Source of the DNA: Minisyncoccota bacterium
Lineage (GTDB): Bacteria; Patescibacteriota; Minisyncoccia; Phycocordibacterales; SBAW01
NCBI GenBank assembly: GCA_035549255.1
Contig: DASZRD010000007.1
Coordinates: forward strand, 1,104-65,103
Length of the DNA stretch: 64,000 nt
Reading direction: 5' to 3'
The notes beneath the pieces are model-generated. The model was not told the DNA's origin, searched no databases, and saw nothing but the letters and a program-made list of their open reading frames with translations. The position numbers and the translations under genes are program-made. Below, in pieces: positions 1-10,260 of the stretch; within the stretch, counting starts at the first letter, position 1, and the number at the start of each line of letters is the position of its first letter.

Positions 1-99
1 GAGATTGCGGTGACCTTCTTCCCCGTGGACCCAGCCGGCAAATATTCCCTGAAAGAATGCTCTTTCAATTTCTTTGAGCATTTCCGGTCCCCTAAGCAT
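1..99 (-). CDS. hypothetical protein, N-terminal part only (runs off window start)
   Basis: ATG at 99 preceded by purine-rich AGGAAAGGAAG; open frame MLRGPEMLKEIERAFFQGIFAGW... to the window edge. Confidence 0.35.
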   Translation of the reverse strand, partial: MLRGPEMLKEIERAFFQGIFAGWVHGEEGHRNL

Positions 100-166
100 T
101 CCGCTTCCTTTCCTTGTTGATTTCCGATAAACACAATACCACGGAAATGAAAGAGAGAAAAAGGGG

Positions 167-940
167 TTAGTTCTTGACGCCTATTCCCTTTTTGAAGAGA
201 TACGCGACGACAAGTGCGAAGACGATAGTGAAGCCTATGAGCACGGTGAAGCACAGCCACAGCGGCACGTCAGAGACCCCAAGGAAGCCGTAGCGGAAGG
301 CGTTGATCATGTAGAGGATCGGATTGGCGAGCGATACCTTCTGCCAGAAGGGCGGGAACTGGGAGATCGAGTAGAAGATGCCACCGAGATAGGTAAGCGG
401 CGTCAGAACGAACGTCGGCACGATCGATATGCCGTCGAAGCCTTTCGCAAATACGCCGTTGATAAGGCCCCCCAGCGAGAAGAGGAGCGAAGTGAGGATA
501 AACGCGAGGATGAGCACGAGCGCGTTGTAGATGACCAGATGCGTGAAAAAGAGCGAGACGATAAGCACGCAAATGCCGACGATGAGCCCGCGCAGGACTC
601 CCCCACTCACGAAGCCGAGTATGACGACCCAGTCGGGCATGGGCGAGACCAGTATTTCCTCGAGGTTCTTGGTCCACTTGGCGAAGTAGAAGGTCGAGAC
701 TGTATTCATGTAGGAGCTTGTGATGACCGACATCATGATGAGGCCCGGCACGATGAACTGGATATAGGAGAAGCCATGGATAGGGGCGAGCTGCGAACCG
801 ATGAAGGTGCCGAAGACGATAAAGTAGAGGGAGGTCGTCACAACCGGTGGGAGTATGGTTTGCGACCAGATGCGTAATATCCGCACCAGCTCGCGCCGGA
901 TCATTGTGTAGTAGCCTGTCCAAATCTTAGAGGGTGTCAT
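167..940 (-). CDS. ABC-2 type transporter permease (YadH-like)
   Basis: Multi-TM; YIQFIVPGLIMMSVIT and NPILYMINAFRYGFLG typical of ABC-2 permeases; follows an ATPase gene. Confidence 0.9.
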   Translation of the reverse strand: MTPSKIWTGYYTMIRRELVRILRIWSQTILPPVVTTSLYFIVFGTFIGSQLAPIHGFSYIQFIVPGLIMMSVITSSYMNTVSTFYFAKWTKNLEEILVSPMPDWVVILGFVSGGVLRGLIVGICVLIVSLFFTHLVIYNALVLILAFILTSLLFSLGGLINGVFAKGFDGISIVPTFVLTPLTYLGGIFYSISQFPPFWQKVSLANPILYMINAFRYGFLGVSDVPLWLCFTVLIGFTIVFALVVAYLFKKGIGVKN

Positions 941-946
941 AGATGA

Positions 947-1684
947 TTATGCGGCGGCCTTCTCGCCGATGAGGCCGAGATAAATATCCTCGAGCTTCTT
1001 TTCGCCATGGCGCGCAATGAGCGATTGCATGCTCTCCCTCACGACAATCTTGCCATGGTTGATGACCGCCACGTTGCGGCACAACGCCTCCGCCTCCTCG
1101 AGGTAATGGGTGGTGAGGATGATCGTGGTCCCCTCTTTGTTGATGCGGCGCAGGTACTCCCACATGCTGCGCCGAAGCTCGACGTCGACGCCCGCGGTCG
1201 GCTCGTCGAGGATGAGGAGCTTAGGCGCGTGAATAAGCGCGCGGGCGATCATGAGGCGGCGCTTCATGCCGCCGGAGAGCTTCTGCGACGATTCATTGCG
1301 CTTTTCCCAGAGGCCGAGGTCTTTAAGAATCGGCTCGGCGCGCATGAGCGCCTCGCGGCGCGGGATGCCATAGAAGCCCGCCTGATCGACGAGGATGTTG
1401 ATGACCTTCTCGAATATATTGATATTGAACTCCTGCGGCACCAGGCCGATGTTGAGCTTGGCAGCGACCGGCTCGCGGTCGACCGGGTGGCCGAAGATGC
1501 TTGCCTCACCGGAGGTCTTGGTGACCAAACTCGTAAGGATGCCGATCATCGTCGTCTTCCCCGCCCCGTTGGGGCCAAGGAGCGCAAAGAAGTCGCCGTC
1601 CTCAACCACGAGGTCGATACCCCTGAGCGCCTGTACGCCGCCCTGGTAGGTCTTGGTGAGGCCTCTGATCGATACTGCTTCCAT
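947..1684 (-). CDS. ABC transporter ATP-binding protein (YadG-like)
   Basis: Walker A GPNGAGKT, LSGGM signature, Walker B LLILDE, H-loop TTHY. Confidence 0.93.
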   Translation of the reverse strand: MEAVSIRGLTKTYQGGVQALRGIDLVVEDGDFFALLGPNGAGKTTMIGILTSLVTKTSGEASIFGHPVDREPVAAKLNIGLVPQEFNINIFEKVINILVDQAGFYGIPRREALMRAEPILKDLGLWEKRNESSQKLSGGMKRRLMIARALIHAPKLLILDEPTAGVDVELRRSMWEYLRRINKEGTTIILTTHYLEEAEALCRNVAVINHGKIVVRESMQSLIARHGEKKLEDIYLGLIGEKAAA

Positions 1685-1701
1685 GAAGGGCTCCAGTATA
1701 A

Positions 1702-1731
1702 CAAAAATCTCCCCAATCGGGAAGATTTTTG
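1702..1731 (-). terminator. putative intrinsic terminator after the DUF378 gene
   Basis: Inverted repeat CAAAAATCTcCCC-AATC-GGGaAGATTTTTG. Confidence 0.55.
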
Positions 1732-1754
1732 CGAAAAAAGAGAGAAGCGATGAA

Positions 1755-1970
1755 TTACATCATCGACATCATCTTCTTCCAGTTGACGAGCGCCATGATG
1801 CCGGCGATGCCGACAAGGATGTAGACCACCCACTCTACCTGCGGCCATGAGCCGAGGAGCAGGTCGATGACATTCCAATTGGCACCCATGAATCCACCGA
1901 GGCCTACGAGACCCCAGTTGAGAGCGCCAATAATCATGAGGATAGCACCGATAGATGAGAGAGATTTCAT
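1755..1970 (-). CDS. DUF378 family small membrane protein
   Basis: LMIIGALNWGLVG...VYILVGIAG motif. Confidence 0.85.
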   Translation of the reverse strand: MKSLSSIGAILMIIGALNWGLVGLGGFMGANWNVIDLLLGSWPQVEWVVYILVGIAGIMALVNWKKMMSMM

Positions 1971-2092
1971 TGTTGTACGGAAATATTCAGTATGCTTTAT
2001 AGCTACTGCGGCTCGACCTCCCCGCTTATCATAAGTATGAACCCTTTATCTTGCCTGGGAAGATGGGGGTGTTGATATCCCTCTATGCCGTT

Positions 2093-3397
2093 TTATTGCG
2101 CGGGAACAGCCGGGAGATAGGAGAGCGGGTTGAGGTAGGCGGTGACGTCCCCTACCGGCATGGTATACGTCTTGCCTTTGCAGCCGGAACTCGCGAAAGA
2201 GGCGATTTCAGAACCCGAAGACGCGTAGACGCCAAAGTGAAGGTGCGGGCCGGTGGCGTAGCCAGTCGTGTCAGAATAGGCGATCACCTGCCCCGTTTTG
2301 ACGACGTCGCCCTGCTGTACCGCGAAGGAAGAGAGATGCGCGTAGAGGGTCGAGAGGCCGTTGGGGTGCTTGATGAACACCCATTTGCCGAAGGACGCGC
2401 CCGGGCAGGTGAGGTCGGTATTGCCGGTGCCCAAAACCACGCCATCCATCGCGGCTTTGACCGGCGTCCCAGGGCTTGCAGCGAGGTCGAGGCCGGTGTG
2501 GCCTTTGCCGTTGTAGATCTGCGGGTTCTGGGTCGCGAAGTCGGTATTGCCGAAGTATTGCGTGATGCGGATGTTGTCGAGCGGCCAGGCAAGCACCCCC
2601 GGGTGCGGCGCCGGAATGCTGCCAGCCGCTACCGTGAGCCCGAGCTGCGCCTGATAGTTAAGGAGATCGGACTCGAACTTCGCCTCCTGCGCCTGCTTCT
2701 GGGCGATCTGCGCCTGGTACGTCGCCTCCTGATTCTTTGTTTGTGTGAGAAGTTGATTCTGAGAATCTTTAGCGATCGAGAGGCTCTGCTTTTGCTGGCC
2801 CAAATTGGTATTGAGGGATGCAAGCTGGTCGCGCTTGTCCTGTGCGGCGCTCTCGTTGCTCTGGAGATCGGTCTTAAGGCTGCTGAGAGAAGTGATGTGC
2901 TGCTCGAGGCTCGTGCGCAAGGACTCGAGCGTCGTCGCCTCATCGAAGAAGGACGAGAGCGATCCGCCGCTGAGGAGTGTCACGATAAGCGGCTGGGCAT
3001 CGAGCGAGTCAAGCTGGCGGAGCGAGTCGGCGATCTGCGATTCGGACTCCGCGATCTTCCCGGAGGTATCGGTGATATTGTCCTGGAGGGTCCCGATCTC
3101 GAGGTCCTGCTGCTTGATCTGGGTCTGGGTGAGCGTGATCGACTTCTGGATCTTCTGGATGTTGAGGTTGAGCGCGTTGATCGCGTTCTGAAGCGTAGTC
3201 TTCTGCGCTGTTGTGGTATTGAGCTGGGATTGCAGCTGCGCGATCTCGGACTTCAGCTGGTTGATTTGCTGGGTGCTTTGGTCGATCTGCGACTGCAGGT
3301 CACTCGTCGTATCGGCGCTGGTCTCCTCTGCGGCCGGCATGACGACAATGCCAAGCACTATCAAAGCCGCCGCAAGAGTAAGCCGCACATATCGCAT
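2093..3397 (-). CDS. secreted coiled-coil M23 peptidase (murein hydrolase/EnvC-like)
   Basis: Signal peptide, long Q/L coiled coil, M23 motifs HTGLD, YAHL, GPHLHF. Confidence 0.9.
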   Translation of the reverse strand: MRYVRLTLAAALIVLGIVVMPAAEETSADTTSDLQSQIDQSTQQINQLKSEIAQLQSQLNTTTAQKTTLQNAINALNLNIQKIQKSITLTQTQIKQQDLEIGTLQDNITDTSGKIAESESQIADSLRQLDSLDAQPLIVTLLSGGSLSSFFDEATTLESLRTSLEQHITSLSSLKTDLQSNESAAQDKRDQLASLNTNLGQQKQSLSIAKDSQNQLLTQTKNQEATYQAQIAQKQAQEAKFESDLLNYQAQLGLTVAAGSIPAPHPGVLAWPLDNIRITQYFGNTDFATQNPQIYNGKGHTGLDLAASPGTPVKAAMDGVVLGTGNTDLTCPGASFGKWVFIKHPNGLSTLYAHLSSFAVQQGDVVKTGQVIAYSDTTGYATGPHLHFGVYASSGSEIASFASSGCKGKTYTMPVGDVTAYLNPLSYLPAVPAQ

Positions 3398-3402
3398 AAA
3401 GA

Positions 3403-4800
3403 TTATTTTAACACAGCGAGGGCTCTGCTTAGCCGCGCGATCGTCCTCTCGCGCCCCAAAAGCCCCGCAAGAGTAAACGGATCAGGAGACTTCTCCTTAC
3501 CGCTGAGCGCTACGCGCATCGGCCAGAGCACCGCCGACCTCCCTACGTCAGTCGCGTATGGGAATATGACCTCTTTGATTTCTTCCGCAGTGAAGCCTTC
3601 ACTCATGGAGCCGACAAGCTCTATGGCATGCGCAAGATAGGTCGCTGCGTCCACCGCCTCGGCTTTGGCTCCCTGAAGCAGAAGTTCTTTGCTCGGCGAG
3701 GGTTCTTGCGCGAGAAAATCAAACTCAGTTGTGAGGAGCTGTGCCGCCTCGCCCAGCGTCTGCGCGCGGTCTTGGATGAGCGCGGCAAGCGCTCGGTCGA
3801 CCTTGTTCCCTGAGAGAGCTTCTAATCGCTGAGCGAAGTCTTCCGGAGAGAGGCGCTTGATATGCTCATGATTGATCCAGAGCAATTTAGCCTCGTCGAA
3901 TTTAGCGCCGCTCTTCTGGACGCGCCCGATCTCGAATGCTTTGACGAGCTCGTCGACGGAAAATACCTCCTGCTCGCCTTCCGGATGCCAACCCAAGAGC
4001 GCCAGGAAATTGATCATCGCTTCGGGCAAGTATCCTTCCTTGCGGTAGTCGAGGATATCCTTGGCGCCGTCGCGCTTGCTGAGCTTCTTGTGGCCGTCGG
4101 GCCCCAAGATAAGCGGCATGGTCGCGATCTGGGGAGGTGTGATAGAGAGTGCTGCGTAGAGCGAGAGGAATTTCGGCGTCGAGGAAATGAATTCTTCCCC
4201 GCGCATGATGTGCGTGACACCCATCTCAAGGTCATCGACGATATGGGCGAAGTTGTAGGTCGGATAGCCGTCTGACTTAATGAGGATGAAGTCGTCGAGC
4301 GCTTCCTCCCCTGCCGAGAGCTCGCCGCGTACCAAGTCGTGCCAGGTATATCTTTTTATTTCTGGAACTTTAAAACGCAGTGGCTTGGTACCATCCCATG
4401 CATCCGTAGCAGCTGGCCGATGCTCGCGATAGAGGAACGGCTTCTTTTGTACCTCGGCTTCTTGCCTAAATTTCTCCACCTCTTCTTCGGTGTAGGGGTC
4501 GGGGTATGCGAGGCCTTTGTCGATGAGTTGCCGGGCGTACTTTTTGTAAGCATCGAGTCGGTCGGATTGCTTGATCGGCCCCTGGTCCCAATTAATCCCC
4601 AACCATTTGAGCGACTCTTGGATATGCTCGATTGAGCCTGCCACCTCGCGCTCCTTGTCGGTGTCCTCGATGCGCAATATGAAGGTGCCGCCGTACTTCT
4701 GCGCGAAAAGCCAGGCATAGATAGCTGTGCGCACGCCGCCGACGTGGAGAAACCCGGTGGGAGAAGGCGCGAAGCGGGTGACGACTCGTTCAGGATTCAT
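3403..4800 (-). CDS. gltX: glutamate--tRNA ligase
   Basis: RFAPSPTGFLHVGG, LRIEDTD, KLSKR. Confidence 0.97.
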   Translation of the reverse strand: MNPERVVTRFAPSPTGFLHVGGVRTAIYAWLFAQKYGGTFILRIEDTDKEREVAGSIEHIQESLKWLGINWDQGPIKQSDRLDAYKKYARQLIDKGLAYPDPYTEEEVEKFRQEAEVQKKPFLYREHRPAATDAWDGTKPLRFKVPEIKRYTWHDLVRGELSAGEEALDDFILIKSDGYPTYNFAHIVDDLEMGVTHIMRGEEFISSTPKFLSLYAALSITPPQIATMPLILGPDGHKKLSKRDGAKDILDYRKEGYLPEAMINFLALLGWHPEGEQEVFSVDELVKAFEIGRVQKSGAKFDEAKLLWINHEHIKRLSPEDFAQRLEALSGNKVDRALAALIQDRAQTLGEAAQLLTTEFDFLAQEPSPSKELLLQGAKAEAVDAATYLAHAIELVGSMSEGFTAEEIKEVIFPYATDVGRSAVLWPMRVALSGKEKSPDPFTLAGLLGRERTIARLSRALAVLK

Positions 4801-5920
4801 GAGAGAGGGCGATATCCATCAGGGCGTTCGCGATCGTCTTGGCGGCGTCGGGACGGCCGAACGATCGTGCGGCTTCGGACATCTGGTGGACGAGTTGTTG
4901 GTTGCCGAGGATGCGGTTTATCTCCGAGATGAGAAGGCCGGGCGTGAGATTATTCTGTTCGATCACTACCGCAGCGCCGCTGCGTGCATAGGAGAAAGCG
5001 TTCTTGGTCTGATCATGCGATATGGGTTCCGGGATCGGAACGATAATCGACGGCAAACCCCACGAGGCGATCTCGAAGATGCCGCCCGCGCCCGCACGCG
5101 AGACGACGAGCGCCGCGGCGCCGGCCGCCATGCGCAGGGCCAGGTCATTGAGATAGGCAAAGGGCTTGTATCGCTCGCCGTACGGCGAGTTCATAAGCGC
5201 CACGCGGGCGCGGCCCTCGACCTCGGTAATGTTGCTCTCCCCTGCCTGGTGCACGACCTGATACTTTTCTACCAATTGCGGCAGGGCCGCCAGCACCGCC
5301 TCGTTGAGCGCCTGCGCGCCCTGCGAGCCGCCGAGCACGAGCAGCGTGGGTATCTCGCGCTTGAGATGCAGGAACTCGTACGCCCCTTCGCGCGAGGGCA
5401 GGAGCACCGCCTTGCGGATCGGATTCCCGGTGAAGGCGACCTTGTCTTTGGGGAAATATTGCGCCGCTTCTTCGAAGGATACCGCGACCTTCTCGGCGAA
5501 TCTGCCCGCCCAATGGTTGACGCGGCTGGGCTCGACGTCGGTCGCGTAGATGACGACGGGTATCCTGAAGAGCCGCGCAGCGAGAAGCGTCGGGAATGCG
5601 CCGTAGCCGCCGGTCGCGAAGACGACGTCGGGATAGAGGAAGAAGGTCCGCAATACGGACTTTATGACGCCCCAGCCGGTCTTGAAGAAGTCGACAATGT
5701 TGAGGAGCGAGAAATAGCGGCGCATCTTGCCCGCTGCCGTGGGCACGAAGGTGATGTTGTTTGCCATGAGCATCTCCCGGTCGTAGGGCTCGGGGGCGGC
5801 ATAGTAGAGCTGCGGCTCGAGGAGCTTGCGCTCGCGCGTGAGGTCGCCGATCGCCTCCGCGACGGCAATAATTGGATAAAAGTGCCCTCCGCTCCCGCTG
5901 CCGGTAAAAAGTATTTTCAT
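4790..5920 (-). CDS. murG: lipid II GlcNAc transferase MurG
   Basis: GSGSGGHFYP, TGNPIR, GGSQGA, SRAGA, DQTKNA; next to ftsW/mraY. Confidence 0.95.
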   Translation of the reverse strand: MKILFTGSGSGGHFYPIIAVAEAIGDLTRERKLLEPQLYYAAPEPYDREMLMANNITFVPTAAGKMRRYFSLLNIVDFFKTGWGVIKSVLRTFFLYPDVVFATGGYGAFPTLLAARLFRIPVVIYATDVEPSRVNHWAGRFAEKVAVSFEEAAQYFPKDKVAFTGNPIRKAVLLPSREGAYEFLHLKREIPTLLVLGGSQGAQALNEAVLAALPQLVEKYQVVHQAGESNITEVEGRARVALMNSPYGERYKPFAYLNDLALRMAAGAAALVVSRAGAGGIFEIASWGLPSIIVPIPEPISHDQTKNAFSYARSGAAVVIEQNNLTPGLLISEINRILGNQQLVHQMSEAARSFGRPDAAKTIANALMDIALSHES

Positions 5921-7023
5921 GAGGTTGGCTTCTTCATCCTGCGCGACACGCTTACTATAACACCGGCTTCGACGAATGCCATCGCGAGCGCCGTGCCGCC
6001 GTTGGAGACGAATATGAGCGGCACGCCGACCAAGGGCACCAGCCCCAGGCTTGAAGCGATATTGAAGAACGATTGCCCCACGATCAGCACCACCAAGCCG
6101 ATCACGAGAAGGCCCCCGAAAGGGTCGGGCGCGCGCGCGGCGATGCGCAGGCCGAGCAGGCCCAGCGCGATAAAAAGCCCGACCAGGATCACGCTCCCGA
6201 CAAAACCGAATTCTTCCCCGGCGACGGCGAAGATGGAGTCGCCGATCGGCTCGGGAAGGTACGAGAATTTCTCGATCCCCTGCCCGAACCCCCGACCGAA
6301 GAAGCCGCCGGAGCCGACCGCGATGAGCGACTGCTGGATCTGCCAGCCGGCGCCCTGCGGGTCACTCGATTGGTCGAGGAAGGTCTCGATGCGCTGCGAG
6401 ACATGGGGGTACATGAGCGCGGCGCCGCCGATCGCAAGCGCGCATAAGAGCGCCAAGAGGCCCATATGGAGCAGCCTCCCGCCCGCGGCGAAGAATACGA
6501 CGATGCTGGTGGCACCGAGCATCGCGACGCCGGCCGTGTTGGGCTGGAGCAGAAGTATGAGCGCTGCCGGGCCGGCAATGGCAAGGAGCGGGAGGATGCC
6601 GCCTTTGAGCGTGGGCACCTGCCGCATGCGCGCGGCGTAATAGGCGGCGAGCATCGCGATAGTCGCGAGCTTGAGCACCTCTTCCGGCTGGAAGGATACG
6701 GGCCCGAGCACCAGCCATCGCGAGGCGCCCTTCAGCGAAAGCCCGATATGCGGGATAAGCGTCAGCGCGGTGAGGAACAGCGCGAAGCCGAAGAAATGCG
6801 GCGTGTAGGCGCGCCATTTGCGGTAATCCATGCGCGAGACGAAGTACGCCGCAATGCCGCCGAGCACCAGGCCCACCAGGAGCTGCTTGATCGTTACTGA
6901 CGAGAACGACGCGCCGTCGCGCGCGAGGAGCCCCAGCGCCGCCGAGGTGAAGATAAGGAGGCCGAACGCGACGAGCGCGCACAAGACGAGCAGGAACGGT
7001 ATGTCGACGGACTTATTTCTCAT
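5917..7023 (-). CDS. ftsW: SEDS peptidoglycan glycosyltransferase FtsW
   Basis: GASRW, SFQPEE, YLPEPIGDSIFAVAGEEFG; between mraY and murG. Confidence 0.92.
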   Translation of the reverse strand: MRNKSVDIPFLLVLCALVAFGLLIFTSAALGLLARDGASFSSVTIKQLLVGLVLGGIAAYFVSRMDYRKWRAYTPHFFGFALFLTALTLIPHIGLSLKGASRWLVLGPVSFQPEEVLKLATIAMLAAYYAARMRQVPTLKGGILPLLAIAGPAALILLLQPNTAGVAMLGATSIVVFFAAGGRLLHMGLLALLCALAIGGAALMYPHVSQRIETFLDQSSDPQGAGWQIQQSLIAVGSGGFFGRGFGQGIEKFSYLPEPIGDSIFAVAGEEFGFVGSVILVGLFIALGLLGLRIAARAPDPFGGLLVIGLVVLIVGQSFFNIASSLGLVPLVGVPLIFVSNGGTALAMAFVEAGVIVSVSRRMKKPTS

Positions 7024-8085
7024 TTACAACAGTGCAATGCCCATGCCGATGATCGCGCAGACGACGCCCACGACCCAGTAGCGCATGGTGACCTTGTATG
7101 CCGGCCAGCCAATGGCCTCGAAGTGGTGATGGAGCGGCGCCACGCGCAGCAGCTTGCGGTGGAATACGCGCTTCCAGAATATCTGAAGAAGGTCCGATAC
7201 GACGGTCGCCGCAAGAAGGAGCGCGATAACCGGCAGCGCCACGAGCCCGCGGCCCGCGCCGTGGAGATCGGTCAGGAAGACTACCACCGTGAGGGCAAGC
7301 GTGAGCCCCATGGTGCCGGTTTCGGAAAGATAGAAGCGCGCTGGAGGAATATTGAACCACAGGAAGGCAAGCAAGCCGCCGACTATGGCCGCGCAGAACG
7401 CGGCGATATTGAACTGATGCTGGAAGAAGGCGATCCCGGCGTACGCGGCGAAAATGCTCCCGTAGATGCCGCCGGAGAGCCCGTCAAGCCCGTCGATAAC
7501 GCCCCCGGCATAGAGCGAGAGCGCGACGAGCATGAAGAATGGGATGAACAGTATGCCGAGCTCGACCGGGCCCGGGATGAATGGGAATGAAATCGCCGAG
7601 ACGCCGAGCTTGTCGTAGAACCACCACGCGCACAGGAGCGATACGACCGCCACCGCGACGAGCCGGATTCTCAGCGGGAGCCCTCCGCGCCCGCGCACCT
7701 CCCAAAGATCGTCGATGAATCCGATGAGGCTGCCGATGATGAGCGCCACGAACGGGAGCCAGGTCTGCTCGCGGCTTACGAAGGCCCAGCTGCTGAAAGC
7801 CTGCGGAGATATCTGCGCCAAGCCGGCCAGGACAAGCGCGGTCAGGAGCACGCTCCCCCACACGAGAATGCCGCCCGCGCGCGGCGTGCCGACTTCCTTC
7901 CTCTCATGCAGGCGGTTGAATTCGAGGGCTGCCGTGCCATCCAGCGCTACCTTGCCGGCCTTGGGCTTCCAGAACTTGTGCTTGTAGAGGAAATGCGTAA
8001 GGAACGGCGTCAGGAACATGCCGAACAGGAACGAGAGGGTCGCCGGGACGAATATGCGCATCGCGTCTGCTGCGGTCATCAACAT
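7024..8085 (-). CDS. mraY: phospho-N-acetylmuramoyl-pentapeptide transferase
   Basis: GTPRAGG, GFIDD, DGLDGL, APLHHHFE. Confidence 0.95.
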   Translation of the reverse strand: MLMTAADAMRIFVPATLSFLFGMFLTPFLTHFLYKHKFWKPKAGKVALDGTAALEFNRLHERKEVGTPRAGGILVWGSVLLTALVLAGLAQISPQAFSSWAFVSREQTWLPFVALIIGSLIGFIDDLWEVRGRGGLPLRIRLVAVAVVSLLCAWWFYDKLGVSAISFPFIPGPVELGILFIPFFMLVALSLYAGGVIDGLDGLSGGIYGSIFAAYAGIAFFQHQFNIAAFCAAIVGGLLAFLWFNIPPARFYLSETGTMGLTLALTVVVFLTDLHGAGRGLVALPVIALLLAATVVSDLLQIFWKRVFHRKLLRVAPLHHHFEAIGWPAYKVTMRYWVVGVVCAIIGMGIALL

Positions 8086-8089
8086 ATGG

Positions 8090-8983
8090 TTAGTGGGTTA
8101 AGGCTTTTTGCGCGGCCGCCAAAAGCGCTTCGACGTCTTTAAATCTTCCATCCTCTGTCGAGCCGAGCACCGCTATGACGATCGGCCGCCCGATATTGAG
8201 GTCGAAGGCTGCCACGAGGTTGCCCCCCGCAAGATCAGTGTACCCCGTTTTTGCCGCGATGAGGCCTGGCAGATAGTGGAGAGGGACCGAGGTTGAATCG
8301 GCCGAGAGCGAGCGAGCGCCCTCAGTAATGGTAACGCTCGGTGCCACGGTCGCCTCAAAGAGCGCGGGATATTGGGAGAGGAACGTGGCGCCCAGGACCG
8401 CCATGTCCCGCGCCGAGCCGTAGGCGCCTGCGGTCTCGAGGTCGACATCAAGCCCGGTCGGATTATTGAAATAGGTCTTGGTGAGCCCGAGCCGGCTGGC
8501 TTGCATATTCATGACCGTGATCGCGTCACCGGGCACGGCGGTCGATACCGCCTGCATGGCGTCGTTGCTCGATGCAACCAACCCGAAGCGCAGGAGGTCG
8601 CTGAGCGGCCACGCTTCCCCGGGCTTGAAGCCCCAATCGCCGTCGGGCGTCAGATCCTCCGGTGTGATCGTGATCTCCTCGCCCGTATCCTGCACCGTCG
8701 AGAGCACCGCCTCGGCGGTCATGAGCTTGGTAAGCGAGGCGAGCGGCAGGGATTCGTCGGCGTTTTTGGCAAAAAGCATCTTTTTCATGCCCGGGTCGTA
8801 GATCACCACCGCTTTGGCGGTAAGGCTGTCGGGGCTCAGCATGACGATCGGCGGCGGCGCCGCTTGAGAGCTGGGGCCGCTGAGCGGCGTATCGGTCGAG
8901 TAGACAAACGTGAGCACGATCGCGCACACGGCGCTTGCGCCCGCGAGCGTATAGTTGATTGCTTTACTGTGCGGCAAGGTCAT
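8090..8983 (-). CDS. D-Ala-D-Ala carboxypeptidase (peptidase S11)
   Basis: SxxK (SLTK), SxN (SSN), KTG motifs; N-terminal anchor. Confidence 0.9.
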   Translation of the reverse strand: MTLPHSKAINYTLAGASAVCAIVLTFVYSTDTPLSGPSSQAAPPPIVMLSPDSLTAKAVVIYDPGMKKMLFAKNADESLPLASLTKLMTAEAVLSTVQDTGEEITITPEDLTPDGDWGFKPGEAWPLSDLLRFGLVASSNDAMQAVSTAVPGDAITVMNMQASRLGLTKTYFNNPTGLDVDLETAGAYGSARDMAVLGATFLSQYPALFEATVAPSVTITEGARSLSADSTSVPLHYLPGLIAAKTGYTDLAGGNLVAAFDLNIGRPIVIAVLGSTEDGRFKDVEALLAAAQKALTH

Positions 8984-9548
8984 CGTGGGCGCCAGATTCC
9001 TGCTCCTTTATCCGATAAGCGGCTTCGAGCTCGGCGAGCTTGCCGCGCACGGCGTCGTAGTCGGGCAGGTCTTCCCGCTCGCGCACGCCCAGCTCTGCGA
9101 GGAGCTCGGTTGTCGGCTCATAGAGGAAGGAGCGCTCGTCTTTAGGATTGTGCACTTTGCGTACCAGTCCGCGCATGAGCAGCGTACGCAGCGTTTGCGA
9201 TGAATTGACGCCGCGGATGAAGTCGATCTCGCTGCGCGTAAGCGGCCCGCGATAGAGGATGGCTGAAAGCGCCTCGAGGCCGGCGCGGCCGACCTCCCGT
9301 GAGAGTTCCTCCTTGCGTATGCGCTCGACTAATGCGGCCGCTTGCGCGCCGACGCGCAGCTCGAGCGTGGTGCCGTCATCGACGCATACGACTCCGCGGC
9401 CCGCGGTTGTCCGCATCACCTCCCTGATGGCGAGTTCGAGCTGCGATATATCAACGTCAAGCTTGCTTATGAGTTCTTTGCGCGAAACGGGCCGCCCAAG
9501 GGCGAAGAGGAGCGCTTCTATCTGTCGTGCGAGTTCCTGATCATTCAT
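8964..9548 (-). CDS. scpB: SMC-Scp complex subunit ScpB
   Basis: IEALLF, LEALSAILYRGPLTRSEIDFIRGVNS. Confidence 0.93.
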   Translation of the reverse strand: MNDQELARQIEALLFALGRPVSRKELISKLDVDISQLELAIREVMRTTAGRGVVCVDDGTTLELRVGAQAAALVERIRKEELSREVGRAGLEALSAILYRGPLTRSEIDFIRGVNSSQTLRTLLMRGLVRKVHNPKDERSFLYEPTTELLAELGVREREDLPDYDAVRGKLAELEAAYRIKEQESGAHDDLAAQ

Positions 9549-10257
9549 AGGATGGCGTGGAGACAGTATCAGATTCGAGCATGATGTCGCCGAATTTCTT
9601 CTCCTGGTTGGCTCTCAGTATACCCTGCTTCACAAGCTCGAGCATGGCCAAGAAGCTCACGATTACCTCCGCACGCTCGCGCCTGCCCGTAAATTCGCGG
9701 AATGAAAGCTTCATCGCCGAGGTGACGCGTTTGCTGAGGCTCTCGATCATGTCTTCAAGCGACATGATCTTTTTTACTTCCACCTTGGGGAGGTGCGTGA
9801 GCTGCGGGAAGCCTTGGATAAGGGTATGCGCAGCCGCGCGCAAGGCATCCGCCGTGATGCTTGCGTCGGGCAGGAACATGGGCTCGGGATCGGCCGCAAT
9901 GCCCTCATAGAGCATCGGGTTCCCGAAATTTGCGCGCAGGCCACGGCCCGCATCTTTTATTATTTGATACACCGCGAGGCGATACTCGAGCTCTTTGATG
10001 TCGCGCTCCTCGCCCTCGGAGAGTTCCAAGGCGGGCAGAAGCGAGCGGGATTTGATAAGGAGCAGCGTTGCCGCAAGCGCCACGAAGCTCGCCGTCTCCC
10101 CCACTGGCATCTCCCGTAAAGAGTTCACGTGCGCGATGTACTCGTCGGCAACCGCGGCGAGCGAGATGTCGTTGATAAGGAGCTTGCGCTTCTCGATGAG
10201 GTCGAGCAACAGGTCGAGCGGGCCTTCGTAGACGGGAGTTTTAACGGTTATTGGCAT
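9541..10257 (-). CDS. scpA: SMC-Scp kleisin ScpA
   Basis: YEGPLDLLLDLI, LLLIKSRSLLP, FLAMLELVK. Confidence 0.95.
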   Translation of the reverse strand: MPITVKTPVYEGPLDLLLDLIEKRKLLINDISLAAVADEYIAHVNSLREMPVGETASFVALAATLLLIKSRSLLPALELSEGEERDIKELEYRLAVYQIIKDAGRGLRANFGNPMLYEGIAADPEPMFLPDASITADALRAAAHTLIQGFPQLTHLPKVEVKKIMSLEDMIESLSKRVTSAMKLSFREFTGRRERAEVIVSFLAMLELVKQGILRANQEKKFGDIMLESDTVSTPSYE

Positions 10258-10260
10258 AAC

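Noticed and set aside
2051-3640. Long antisense ORFs (e.g. 2051-3640, 4727-6640, 28038-29246, 36859-38160, 39780-41168, 46335-47666, 61252-62463)
   Set aside because: Shadow frames of well-identified genes, expected at high GC3; no motifs.
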